The notes under the pieces were generated by a model. That model was not told the DNA's origin, did no database searches, and saw only the letters and a program-made list of their open reading frames with translations. Shown here piece by piece: positions 55,872 through 64,000 of a DNA stretch of 64,000 bases. The stretch is from contig OZ253558.1 of the NCBI GenBank assembly GCA_965262745.1, positions 2,015,618-2,079,617 on the forward strand, written 5' to 3'. The position numbers were made by a program, and so were the translations under genes. Source of the stretch: Chloroflexota bacterium. GTDB lineage: Bacteria > Chloroflexota > UBA11872. How positions within the stretch are numbered: the stretch's first letter is position 1; the number at the start of each line of letters is the position of its first letter.

Positions 55872-57583
55872 TCCACGCTGATCGAGCGCACGGCCAGCCC
55901 GAGGACGCGAGTGTCATCGTCGATGCCCGCGGCCGCGGGGACGAACGGCGCGTCAACGGTGATCTCGAGCTGCAACGTCGTGGGCTCGGTCACCGGATCG
56001 AGCGGCACGATCACGTCCTCGAAATCCATTTGCCGCACGGTAAACGTCGCCACGTGCCGCCCGTTGAGACGAACCTGGGCGCTTGCGCCATCGATGTCGT
56101 GGAACGGGCGGCACACCGACAGCCGCACCGCGCCCTGCCCCACGGATTGGGTGACATAGGCCACGGCGCGATCAGTCGTCCAGCGGAGTCGGGGCGGCCA
56201 CTCCTCCGGGGGATGCCAGCCTTCGCCAAGCCAGTCGTCATCTCCCTCACCAAGGCGGAGCTCGGCGGGCGGGTTACGCCAGATCTGGCGCGGCGGCTCG
56301 CTGATCATATCCGGCTGCGCCACCGGAGCATCGCTGCGCTCGAGCGGCGGATGGTCTCGCGAGAGGCCGGCGCGCCATTGGGCCGGGAGCACGACCGCAC
56401 CCCGCTGGAAGGCCGTGAACTTGCCCACGAAGAGCGTCAGCGCATTGTCCCAACAGTGGTAGGGCTGGTGGCGCTTCTGCTCCGGCCATGCACTGAGGGA
56501 GACGTTGTAGGTACCGACGCCGAGTGGCAGCGGCCCGAGGCGGCAGGTGACGACGGTGCGGCCGGGCGCCACCTCCAGCGGGCCGATGGTGGCTTCCGTG
56601 GTCGACTCGGCGACCAGCAGGCCATCGCTGCGATGCAGGGCGCACCCAACGATCACGTCGGTCAAGTGCGACTTGGCTTCCAGCTCGGCCGCCACGGTGA
56701 CGGTGTCACCCGGAAGCACGCTGTACTGCTCGGGTCCATCGGCACTTTCCCGCAAGACGGCCGCCCGAATTCGCAGGTCGGTGGGGCCACGTGCCGCGCG
56801 CTGCGCGGTTGCCACATCGCCGGGCGTCAAGCCGCCCTGCATGTGCTGGACATAGTCTTGAATGACCTTGCGCGGGTCGCCTGCCAGGCGCACCTTGCCG
56901 CGGTCCAGCCAGACCACACGGTCGCAGAACCGTCGCACCTGAATGGGGTCGTGTGAGACGAGCACCATCGTGCGGCCACGGCGCTTGACGCGAGCCAGGG
57001 CTGCGTAGCACTTGGCCGCGAAGCTCGCATCGCCTACGGCCAGGACCTCGTCAATGAGCAGGATCTCGGGGTCCACGTGGACGGCGATGGCAAACCCCAG
57101 CCGCATGAACATGCCGGATGAGTAGTGCTTGACCGGCGTATCGATAAATTTCTCAAGCTCGGCAAAGGCGACGATGTCGTCGTACATCGCTTGAATCGAG
57201 CGCCGGTCGAGGCCGAGAAACGATCCGTTGAGGAAGACGTTCTCGCGGCCGGTGAGGTCCGGATGCATGCCAGCGCCAAGCTCGAGGAGTCCAAACACGC
57301 GGCCGCGGGCGGTGACCTGGCCTTCGGTAGCCTGGATCGTCCCGGCGAGCAACTTGAGAATGGTGCTCTTGCCCGACCCGTTTGGGCCGATGATGCCGAG
57401 CGTCTCACCGGGCGCGACGGACAGATTCACGCCATCGAGCGCCCAGAACTCCTCGTTTTCCATCGGCCGCCGCCCGAGCATAGCCAGGGCCATCCCTTGA
57501 AACGTGCGGGCCGCTTCGTGGCGAATGACAAACCGCTTGCGCACGTCGCGAAGCTCAATGGCGGGTGGCGAGTGGTCAGGCAC
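55868..57583 (-). CDS. ABC transporter ATP-binding protein, Wzt/TagH-like polysaccharide exporter ATPase with ~300-aa C-terminal (carbohydrate-binding-type) extension
   Basis: Walker A GIIGPNGSGKST, ABC signature LSGGM-like and Walker B ILLIDE. The C-terminal half after the NBD is beta-rich, like Wzt C-terminal domains. Confidence 0.85.
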   Translation of the reverse strand: MPDHSPPAIELRDVRKRFVIRHEAARTFQGMALAMLGRRPMENEEFWALDGVNLSVAPGETLGIIGPNGSGKSTILKLLAGTIQATEGQVTARGRVFGLLELGAGMHPDLTGRENVFLNGSFLGLDRRSIQAMYDDIVAFAELEKFIDTPVKHYSSGMFMRLGFAIAVHVDPEILLIDEVLAVGDASFAAKCYAALARVKRRGRTMVLVSHDPIQVRRFCDRVVWLDRGKVRLAGDPRKVIQDYVQHMQGGLTPGDVATAQRAARGPTDLRIRAAVLRESADGPEQYSVLPGDTVTVAAELEAKSHLTDVIVGCALHRSDGLLVAESTTEATIGPLEVAPGRTVVTCRLGPLPLGVGTYNVSLSAWPEQKRHQPYHCWDNALTLFVGKFTAFQRGAVVLPAQWRAGLSRDHPPLERSDAPVAQPDMISEPPRQIWRNPPAELRLGEGDDDWLGEGWHPPEEWPPRLRWTTDRAVAYVTQSVGQGAVRLSVCRPFHDIDGASAQVRLNGRHVATFTVRQMDFEDVIVPLDPVTEPTTLQLEITVDAPFVPAAAGIDDDTRVLGLAVRSISVE

Positions 57584-57589
57584 GTCGCG

Positions 57590-58444
57590 CTACAGCTCCT
57601 CGGCGAAGCGATGGGCATAGCGCCGAAAGATCCACCAACCGAAGCCGAGCGCGACCACCGCGACGACGATGGTGGCGATGGTGTGGCGGATGGGGAAGGA
57701 CCCAAACATGATTGCGTAGCGGTAGTCGGTTGTCAGCGTGGCCATGGGATTGAGCATGAAGACCCAGCGGTGCACATCCAGCCCGAGGAAGGTCACGTTT
57801 GGCACGACCGAAATAGAATAGAACACGGGTGTGAGGAAAAACCAGGCCAGCATGCCAACCTCCACCAAATGCTCCGTATCGCGGAAAAAAACATTGGCCA
57901 TCGCGAGGATGAGACTGAGACCCATCACTAACGTAAGCTGCAATAGCATAATCAGCGGTACCATCAGCATCGCGCGAGTATTACCGACACCAAAAATGAG
58001 ACCGATTACCCAGAATATAAAAAATGCCAGCAGAAAGTTTACAAAGCTCGCCAGCACTGCGCTCATCGGTAGCAATTCACGAGGAAAGTAAACCTTCTTG
58101 ATAAGTTGCGCGTTACTCGTGATGCTCCGCATCGCCGTGGTGAGCGCCTGCTGGGTGAACAACCATGGAACGAGCGCCGCCATGAGAAACAAGGGATACA
58201 GTTGGATATCGTCGTATTGCGCCAAGACCTGAAACACGAGCGTGAACACTGCCATCATGAGCAACGGATTGAGCAGCGACCACGCGAAGCCAAAAATGGA
58301 CCCGCGATAGCGCACCTTGAGGTCGCGAACCACCAGGTTGCGCAACAGGTCGGTGTAGTCCGCGATCTCGCGGACGGCGCCCCACACGCGGCGCAGCATC
58401 AATGGCGAAACCGAGGCGGCGGCACGTGCCATGCGGTGCTCCAT
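57590..58444 (-). CDS. ABC-2 type transporter permease, Wzm/TagG-like
   Basis: 284-aa ORF with 6 TM helices and an N-terminal VVRDLKVRYRGSIFGFAWSLLNPLLMM ABC-2 signature. Confidence 0.8.
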   Translation of the reverse strand: MEHRMARAAASVSPLMLRRVWGAVREIADYTDLLRNLVVRDLKVRYRGSIFGFAWSLLNPLLMMAVFTLVFQVLAQYDDIQLYPLFLMAALVPWLFTQQALTTAMRSITSNAQLIKKVYFPRELLPMSAVLASFVNFLLAFFIFWVIGLIFGVGNTRAMLMVPLIMLLQLTLVMGLSLILAMANVFFRDTEHLVEVGMLAWFFLTPVFYSISVVPNVTFLGLDVHRWVFMLNPMATLTTDYRYAIMFGSFPIRHTIATIVVAVVALGFGWWIFRRYAHRFAEEL

Positions 58445-58554
58445 GCGGGTGCTATGCGGCTCGTGGGCGCATCTAACGCCCGGCCTGCATCCTGCCCCAT
58501 GCTACAATCCGGCGGTCTTGGGGTTGCCCCAAATGCAGGCACCATTGGAGGGGG
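58445..58554. promoter_or_regulatory. Divergent promoter region between the wzm-headed minus-strand operon and the MBL/pyrG/purA plus-strand genes; contains an 8-bp perfect inverted repeat and a TACAAT -10-like box
   Basis: GCCTGCAT (58479-58486) ... ATGCAGGC (58529-58536) inverted repeat. TACAAT at 58503-58508. GGAGGGGGA RBS before ATG 58555. Confidence 0.3.
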
Positions 58555-59190
58555 ATGGACGTCACGTGGATCGGAGGCGGCTGCTTTCGCCTCCGCGGAC
58601 GCGACGCAACCGTCCTCATTGACCCCCACACCAGCGGCATCAGGCAGCGCTCGGCCATTCCCAAGGCCGACGTGGTGACGGTGAGCGGAAGCTCCGGCAG
58701 TCGCTGGACCAATGCGCCGTCGCGTCGCACCGACCCTGACCGCCGAGCCTTCGTCGCCACGGGACCCGGCGAATATGAGGTCGCGGGCGTATATGTCCAT
58801 GGCGTGCCGGCACCCGTCGCCGCCGAACTCCGAACCACGCTGTTTACCGTCGATGTCGACGGCGTCTCGGTGGGACACGTTCCCGAGCTCACCGGCGTTC
58901 CAGTCGATGCGCTATTGGATGATTTAGGCACGATACACGTCCTATTGATTGGCATACCCAGCGGCCCGGATTTCCTTCTCCCTGACCAGATCATCAAGAC
59001 CGTCACTCGCATCGAGCCAAACATTGTCATTCCCTACGGCGAGGACGATGCCGTCGAGGCTGAGGCAGCCTGGCGTCTCGTGGCGCGCGAACTGTCCGGC
59101 ACGGTCCCCGTGGCGGACGGCAACCTTATCGCCAACCGCCGACAGCTGCCCGACCCCATTGACGTGCGTATGCTCGAACGCAGGACCTAG
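58555..59190 (+). CDS. MBL-fold metallo-hydrolase (UPF0173-like)
   Basis: MDVTWIGGGCFRLRGRDATVLIDPH; the start of the HxHxDH region is visible as IDPHTSG. Confidence 0.65.
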   Translation: MDVTWIGGGCFRLRGRDATVLIDPHTSGIRQRSAIPKADVVTVSGSSGSRWTNAPSRRTDPDRRAFVATGPGEYEVAGVYVHGVPAPVAAELRTTLFTVDVDGVSVGHVPELTGVPVDALLDDLGTIHVLLIGIPSGPDFLLPDQIIKTVTRIEPNIVIPYGEDDAVEAEAAWRLVARELSGTVPVADGNLIANRRQLPDPIDVRMLERRT

Positions 59191-59196
59191 GCAATC

Positions 59197-60879
59197 GTGA
59201 CGACCGACGGACCTGTGGGAAGCGCGCGGCCCGTGCACCGCTACGTCTTCGTCACCGGCGGGGTCGTGTCGGCCATTGGCAAGGGCGTGACGGCCGCCAG
59301 CATCGGCCGCATGTTCAAGAGCCGCGGGCTTCGCGTGTCGATCATGAAGCTCGATCCGTACATCAACGTCGACCCCGGCACGATGAGCCCGCTCCAGCAC
59401 GGGGAGGTGTTCGTCACGGTGGACGGCGCCGAGACGGACTTGGATTTGGGGCACTACGAACGGTTTGTGGACGAAAGCCTCACCGGGGCCAGCAATCTCA
59501 CAACCGGCGCCGTCTATGACCGCGTGATCACGCGTGAACGGCGAGGGGATTTCCTCGGCGGCACGATCCAGGTGATCCCGCACGTGACCGACGAAATCAA
59601 GGCGCGCATCCGGGCCGTCGGCGACCGGAACGACCCCGACGTGGTGATCGTCGAGGTGGGCGGCACCGTGGGCGACATCGAGAACATCCCATACCTGGAG
59701 GCGCTGCGACAGATGCGCCGCGAGGTCGGCGTGCGCAACGTGCTGTTCGTGCACGTGACGCTGGTGCCGCGGATTGGGTCCACGATGGAGCTCAAGACCA
59801 AGCCCACCCAACACAGCGTGCGAGAGCTGCGGAGCATCGGCATCCAGCCCGACGTGGTGGTCTGCCGATCGGATGAGCCCCTGCCACCGGAGCTTGTCGA
59901 CAAGATCGCCCTCTTTGCCGACGTCGACCGGCGAGCCGTGATTTCAAACCCGGACGTGGAATCGATCTACGAAGTTCCCCTGGTGCTGGAGGAGGCGGGG
60001 CTCGGCGCGTTTATCAACCAGCACTTCGACCTGGGCGACGTGACGCCGGATCTTGACGAGTGGCAGGACACCGTGGATGCGCTGCTGAACCCATCCTTGC
60101 CCGAGCTTGAGATTGCCATCGTGGGCAAGTACATCTCCCTGCCCGACTCCTATTTGAGCGTCATCGAGGCCGTGCGCCACGCGGGCATCGCGTGGCAGGC
60201 GCGTCCAGTCATCCGCTGGGTTGATTCGGAAGAGCTCGAAGATCGCGACCCGCATGACCTGCTCGCGGGCGTCGCCGGCATCATCGTGCCGGGCGGGTTC
60301 GGCCCGCGGGGTATCGAGGGCAAGATCATGGCGGCGCACTACGCCCGAACGCAAAGAGTTCCCTATCTGGGACTCTGCCTGGGCATGCAGGTGGCCGTGA
60401 TCGAGTTCGCGCGGAAGGTGCTGGGCACCGACGACTGCACGAGTATCGAGTTCAACCCAGACACGGCGCATCCGGTGATCCATCCGATGCCCGAGTACTA
60501 TGACGTGGCCAACAAGGGCGGATCGATGCGCCTAGGGGCATGGCCCTCCGATCTGGTGGCCGGCACGCAGGCGCGGCGTGTGTACGGTGCCGCCAGCATC
60601 GAAGAACGCCACCGCCACCGCATGGAGGTCAACAACAAATACCGCGATATCCTGCGCTCGCAGGGCATGACCCTGAGCGGTCTCTCGCCGGATGGGGCAC
60701 TGGTGGAAATCGTGGAGTTGGATCACCATCCGTGGTTTGTTGGGTGCCAGTTCCACCCCGAGTTCGCCTCGCGGCCGACTCGCCCGCATCCGCTGTTCTG
60801 GGGCTTCCTGGAAGCTGCGGTGCGGCACGTCGAGGGGCGGCTGCCGGTGCCCGAATCCGTGCCCGAGGTGACTGGTTGA
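59197..60879 (+). CDS. pyrG: CTP synthase
   Basis: YVFVTGGVVSAIGKGVTAASIGRM synthetase-domain motif and a C-terminal glutamine-amidotransferase domain with GLCLGMQ (catalytic Cys). Confidence 0.9.
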   Translation: MTTDGPVGSARPVHRYVFVTGGVVSAIGKGVTAASIGRMFKSRGLRVSIMKLDPYINVDPGTMSPLQHGEVFVTVDGAETDLDLGHYERFVDESLTGASNLTTGAVYDRVITRERRGDFLGGTIQVIPHVTDEIKARIRAVGDRNDPDVVIVEVGGTVGDIENIPYLEALRQMRREVGVRNVLFVHVTLVPRIGSTMELKTKPTQHSVRELRSIGIQPDVVVCRSDEPLPPELVDKIALFADVDRRAVISNPDVESIYEVPLVLEEAGLGAFINQHFDLGDVTPDLDEWQDTVDALLNPSLPELEIAIVGKYISLPDSYLSVIEAVRHAGIAWQARPVIRWVDSEELEDRDPHDLLAGVAGIIVPGGFGPRGIEGKIMAAHYARTQRVPYLGLCLGMQVAVIEFARKVLGTDDCTSIEFNPDTAHPVIHPMPEYYDVANKGGSMRLGAWPSDLVAGTQARRVYGAASIEERHRHRMEVNNKYRDILRSQGMTLSGLSPDGALVEIVELDHHPWFVGCQFHPEFASRPTRPHPLFWGFLEAAVRHVEGRLPVPESVPEVTG

Positions 60880-60972
60880 GGGTCGCCGCCGCTCGACCCC
60901 GCTAAGACAGCCCATGCATTGCAGGACCCGGCGCTCGTGGCATGGCGCGCGCCGCCCGCGAGAGGACACTCG

Positions 60973-62271
60973 ATGAGCACCATGGCAGTGATCGGCGCGC
61001 AATGGGGCGACGAAGGCAAGGGCAAGATCGTTGACCACCTGGCCGAGGGCGCCGACCTCGTCATTCGATTTCAAGGCGGCAACAACGCCGGCCACACGAT
61101 CGTCAACGACTACGGCACGTTTGCCCTGCACCTGCTGCCGGCCGGCATCTTCCATGCCGGGACGGTGAACCTGCTGGGGCCGGGCACGGTCGTGAATCCA
61201 CCGGCGCTGCTCGCCGAAATGCAGGAGATCGGCACGGCGACCGGCATCACGTTCGAGACCTTTAAGATCGCCGAGCGCGCGCATGTGGTGATGCCCTATC
61301 ACCTCGCGCTCGATGCCGCCGAGGAGCAGCAGCGCGGCGATCTGGTTCAGGGCACGACGCTGCGCGGCATCGGGCCGGCCTATGCCGACAAGGCCGCGCG
61401 ATCCGGCGTGCGGGTCGGCGACCTGCTGAATGCCGACTACCTGGCGACGTGGCTTCCGAGCATCCTCGAGCCGAAGAATCGGCTGCTGACCGAGGTCTAC
61501 GGTCTGCCGTCCATGGATCCGAGCGCCCTCGTCGAGCAGGCCCTTGCATGGGGCGAGGCCTTACGCCCCCACGTGGTGGACTCGCTGCCGCTGGTATCCG
61601 AAGCGCTGCGCGAGAAGCGCAACATCGTGCTCGAAGGGCAACTGGGCGTGATGCGCGACCTGGATTGGGGTCACTATCCCTACGTCACATCGTCGAGCCC
61701 ATCAGCCGCGGGCGCCTGCATCGGCGCGGGGATTCCCCCGCAAGCGCTGGACAAGGTGCTGGGCATCGCGAAGGCGTTTACGTCATCGGTCGGCGAGGGT
61801 CCGTTCCCCACGGAACTCACCGACAGCACCGGCGACCGCTTGCGCAACGTCGGCGCCGGCGAATACGGCGCGTCCACCGGCCGTCCCCGGCGCTGCGGCT
61901 GGTTCGACGCGGTGCCGGTGCGCACCGCCGGCGCCTTGAGTGGGGTCGACGCTCTGGCGCTGACCAAGATCGACGCGCTCGACGGGTTCGAGCAGCTCCG
62001 CGTCTGCGAGGCATACATGGTCGATGGCCGGCGCGTCGACTTGGCGCCGGACACCCACGCCCTGGACCGTGCGCGCCCGATCTACCGAGACGTGCCCGGC
62101 TGGCTGTCCTCGACCGCCGGCGTGCGCGACTACGATGCGTTGCCGCCGAACGCCCAGCGGTACGTGCGCACCATTGAAGAGATCACGGGCATTCCCGTGG
62201 CGCTGGTGGGCACGGGCCAACATCGGACGGCCGTCGCCGCGCGCGACGCCGCGTTCAGTCTGTCGCGCTAG
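60973..62271 (+). CDS. purA: Adenylosuccinate synthetase
   Basis: AVIGAQWGDEGKGKIVD P-loop, GGNNAGHT and TKIDALDG motifs. Start at the ATG with a GAGAGGA RBS. The ORF-track start at 60919 is 18 codons longer. Confidence 0.9.
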   Translation: MSTMAVIGAQWGDEGKGKIVDHLAEGADLVIRFQGGNNAGHTIVNDYGTFALHLLPAGIFHAGTVNLLGPGTVVNPPALLAEMQEIGTATGITFETFKIAERAHVVMPYHLALDAAEEQQRGDLVQGTTLRGIGPAYADKAARSGVRVGDLLNADYLATWLPSILEPKNRLLTEVYGLPSMDPSALVEQALAWGEALRPHVVDSLPLVSEALREKRNIVLEGQLGVMRDLDWGHYPYVTSSSPSAAGACIGAGIPPQALDKVLGIAKAFTSSVGEGPFPTELTDSTGDRLRNVGAGEYGASTGRPRRCGWFDAVPVRTAGALSGVDALALTKIDALDGFEQLRVCEAYMVDGRRVDLAPDTHALDRARPIYRDVPGWLSSTAGVRDYDALPPNAQRYVRTIEEITGIPVALVGTGQHRTAVAARDAAFSLSR

Positions 62272-62329
62272 GCAACGCACAGCCCGGCGACGATCTCCGC
62301 AGCGGTCCTCGGTCCGGAGCAGGCTATAC

Positions 62330-62430
62330 TCAAGGGCCCTTTAATCCGTTCCAGCGAGACGGAAAGCGGCATACCGTCGGCACCGTGGGTGTCGAGCACG
62401 GACATAGGGCCCTCTGAGGCCCTTTTTTTG
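62330..62430 (+). ncRNA. PyrR-binding pyrimidine attenuator leader (anti-antiterminator/antiterminator/terminator)
   Basis: A PyrR binding-loop-like hairpin CCGT-UCCAGCGAG-ACGG (62347-62363) resembles the conserved UCCAGAGAGG loop. The upstream self-complementary GGGCCC (62334-62339) can pair with the terminator 5' arm GGGCCC (62407-62412). Lies immediately upstream of pyrR. Confidence 0.6.
62407..62429 (+). terminator. Rho-independent terminator of the pyr attenuator (GGGCC-CUCUGA-GGCCC + U7)
   Basis: GGGCCCTCTGAGGCCC followed by TTTTTTT at 62423-62429. Confidence 0.65.
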
Positions 62431-62478
62431 TGCCTCGGGAACGCGGGGGCCGGAGGATGAAGACATAGGGAGGTTGTC

Positions 62479-63054
62479 GTGGCAGCGGCGCAGCGCCGCT
62501 TGGTGATGTCCGCGGCCGACATGGGCCGCGCGTTAACCCGCATCACTCACGAGATCATCGAGCGCAACCGCGGCGCGGCGACGCTGGTTCTTGTCGGTGT
62601 GCCGCGGCCGGGCCCGGTGCTCGCACAGCGCCTGGCCGGGCTGATCGAAAAGATCGAGGGCATTCAAGTGCCGACCGGGGCCGTGGACACCACGATGCAC
62701 CGTGACGATCTGGACCGCCGGTCGATCGGTCCGCCGGTGCATCCCAGCCACATTCCGGTCGACGTGACCGATCGCAACGTCGTCTTGGTGGACGACGTGC
62801 TCTATACCGGCCGCACGCTGCGCGCGGCTCTGGATGCGCTCAACGACTTCGGCCGACCTCGCACGATTCAATTCGCGGTGATCGTCGACCGGGGCCATCG
62901 CGAGCTGCCGGTGCGCGCCGACTTTGTCGGCAAGAACCTTCCGACCGCGGATGACGAACGGGTGATCGTGCAGCTCCAGGAACTCGACGGCGAGGATGCC
63001 GTGCATATCGAGCGCATGACGCTCGGCGCGCAGGGGGCCACGACTGCAGCGTAA
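62479..63054 (+). CDS. pyrR: Bifunctional pyrimidine operon regulator / uracil phosphoribosyltransferase
   Basis: [22 protein letters not shown] and [23 protein letters not shown]-binding motif. GTG start with GGGAGG 7 nt upstream. Confidence 0.9.
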   Translation: MAAAQRRLVMSAADMGRALTRITHEIIERNRGAATLVLVGVPRPGPVLAQRLAGLIEKIEGIQVPTGAVDTTMHRDDLDRRSIGPPVHPSHIPVDVTDRNVVLVDDVLYTGRTLRAALDALNDFGRPRTIQFAVIVDRGHRELPVRADFVGKNLPTADDERVIVQLQELDGEDAVHIERMTLGAQGATTAA

Positions 63055-63061
63055 ACACCTC

Positions 63062-63982
63062 TTGGACGTGAGCGACTTCACGCGCGACGAGTTCGCGGAA
63101 GTCCTGGACACCACCGAGAAAATGCACGCGGTGCTGGAGCGACCGATCCGGCGCGTTCCCACGCTGCGCGGGACCACGATTGCCAACGTGTTCTACGAGC
63201 CAAGCACCCGAACGCGCGTGTCGTTTGAGCTGGCCGGCAAGAACCTGAGCGCGGACGTTGTGAACATCGCCGCCTCGGGCAGCAGCGTGGAAAAGGGCGA
63301 GTCGCTGATCGACACCTTCCAGACGATTCAGGCGCTTGGCGCGGACATCGTGGTGGTGCGCCACTCGCGCGCCGGCGCGCCGGAGCTGGCGTCACGGCAT
63401 CTCACCTGCGGCGTGATCAACGCGGGCGACGGCGCTCGCGGTCACCCCACACAGGCCCTGCTGGACCTCTATACGGTCCAGCGCCGCCTGGGCAGCGTGG
63501 AAGGCCGCACGATCGTCATCGTGGGGGACATCCTGCACAGCCGGGTGGCGCGGTCGGGCATCTGGGCGTTCGCACGCATGGGGGCGCAGGTGGTCTTGAG
63601 CGGTCCGCCGTCGCTGCTGCCCGACACCATGGCAGCCATCACCAACGGCACCGGCGAGGTGCGCATTGTGCATGACCTTGATCGCGCCATCCGTGGCGCC
63701 GACGTCGTGATGGCCCTGCGCGTGCAGCGCGAGCGCATGCAGGCCGGCCTGCTGCCCGACCTGCGGGAATACGCCCGTCGTTGGTCGATTACACCCGCGC
63801 GGCTGCAGCACGCACAGCGCCACGCCCTGGTGATGCACCCTGGACCAATGAATCAGGGTGTCGAAATCTCACCGGCCGTGGCCTACAGCGAGCAGTCGGT
63901 CATTGAAGAGCAAGTCGCCAATGGCGTGGCGGTGCGCATGGCCGTGCTCTATCTCTTGCTGTCTGGGGAGGGTCGACGATGA
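63062..63982 (+). CDS. pyrB: Aspartate carbamoyltransferase catalytic subunit
   Basis: STRTRVSFE carbamoyl-phosphate-binding motif, HPTQALLD, and HPGP near the C-terminus. TTG start as given by the ORF track (start uncertain). Confidence 0.9.
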   Translation: MDVSDFTRDEFAEVLDTTEKMHAVLERPIRRVPTLRGTTIANVFYEPSTRTRVSFELAGKNLSADVVNIAASGSSVEKGESLIDTFQTIQALGADIVVVRHSRAGAPELASRHLTCGVINAGDGARGHPTQALLDLYTVQRRLGSVEGRTIVIVGDILHSRVARSGIWAFARMGAQVVLSGPPSLLPDTMAAITNGTGEVRIVHDLDRAIRGADVVMALRVQRERMQAGLLPDLREYARRWSITPARLQHAQRHALVMHPGPMNQGVEISPAVAYSEQSVIEEQVANGVAVRMAVLYLLLSGEGRR

Positions 63983-64000
63983 GCGGCTATGCGGGATCGG
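63979..64000 (+). CDS. 5' end of next pyr-operon gene (likely dihydroorotase-like), truncated by window end
   Basis: ATGA overlap with the pyrB stop. Only 7 codons are visible (MSGYAGS). Confidence 0.3.

Noticed and set aside
60880-60899. GGGTCG-N8-CGACCC hairpin between pyrG and purA
   Set aside because: A 6-bp stem without a U-tract. Too weak to call a terminator.
1-64000. CRISPR arrays, rRNA, transposases, toxin-antitoxin or recognisable defence-system genes
   Set aside because: No regularly spaced direct repeats and no nuclease, helicase or recombinase motifs were seen in any credible ORF in this window.

Overview
This 64 kb window is high-GC (~70%) bacterial DNA with monoderm-type envelope genes (LtaS, YfhO, PyrR attenuator) and is dominated by cell-surface glycan biosynthesis. 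Because GC is so high, every long ORF has antisense and alternative-frame shadow ORFs. I kept only ORFs whose translation shows recognisable catalytic motifs, membrane topology or paralogy, and I trimmed N-terminal extensions that overlap upstream genes.

(1) 1-14.1 kb looks like an accessory region. Two paralogous LtaS/sulfatase-family genes sit 7.6 kb apart, each with an unusual N-terminal extracytoplasmic domain, and each has a small divergent upstream ORF, intact in one copy and decayed in the other. Between and beside them are a degenerate tRNA-Thr-like relic, a bona fide class-II tRNA-Leu(CAG), and several large polytopic membrane proteins, one of which is a DE-motif GT-C glycosyltransferase. 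An uncharacterised ~110-aa domain recurs in at least four of these proteins. A small membrane protein, a methyltransferase-domain protein, the GT-C and a domain protein form a translationally coupled operon.

(2) 14.1-22.7 kb is an island of two BNR/Asp-box sialidase-like proteins, an aldo/keto reductase, a Gfo/Idh/MocA oxidoreductase, a penicillin-acylase-family Ntn hydrolase, an SRPBCC protein and a DUF5069 protein.

(3) 22.7-58.4 kb is a roughly 36 kb glycan megacluster with 13 or more GT4/GT1 glycosyltransferases, a GT2, a CgeB-like GT, YfhO, a second GT-C, a priming sugar-phosphotransferase and an NAD epimerase. It carries both a Wzx-type flippase and a Wzm/Wzt ABC-2 exporter, two class-I methyltransferases and an omega-aminotransferase, and unusually also a LanC-like cyclase, an enolase-superfamily dehydratase, and a radical-SAM/SPASM enzyme translationally coupled to a Trm112-like mini-protein. 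About 22 genes on the minus strand are chained by ATGA/GTGA start-stop overlaps.

(4) 58.5-64 kb is housekeeping: an MBL-fold hydrolase, pyrG, purA, a PyrR-binding attenuator with intrinsic terminator, pyrR, pyrB and the start of the next pyr gene.

No CRISPR array, transposase or integrase was seen. The most interesting candidates for something undescribed are the LanC-like/dehydratase/aminotransferase trio embedded in the glycan locus, the Trm112-like/rSAM-SPASM pair, and the recurrent novel domain shared by the LtaS paralogs and neighbouring membrane proteins.
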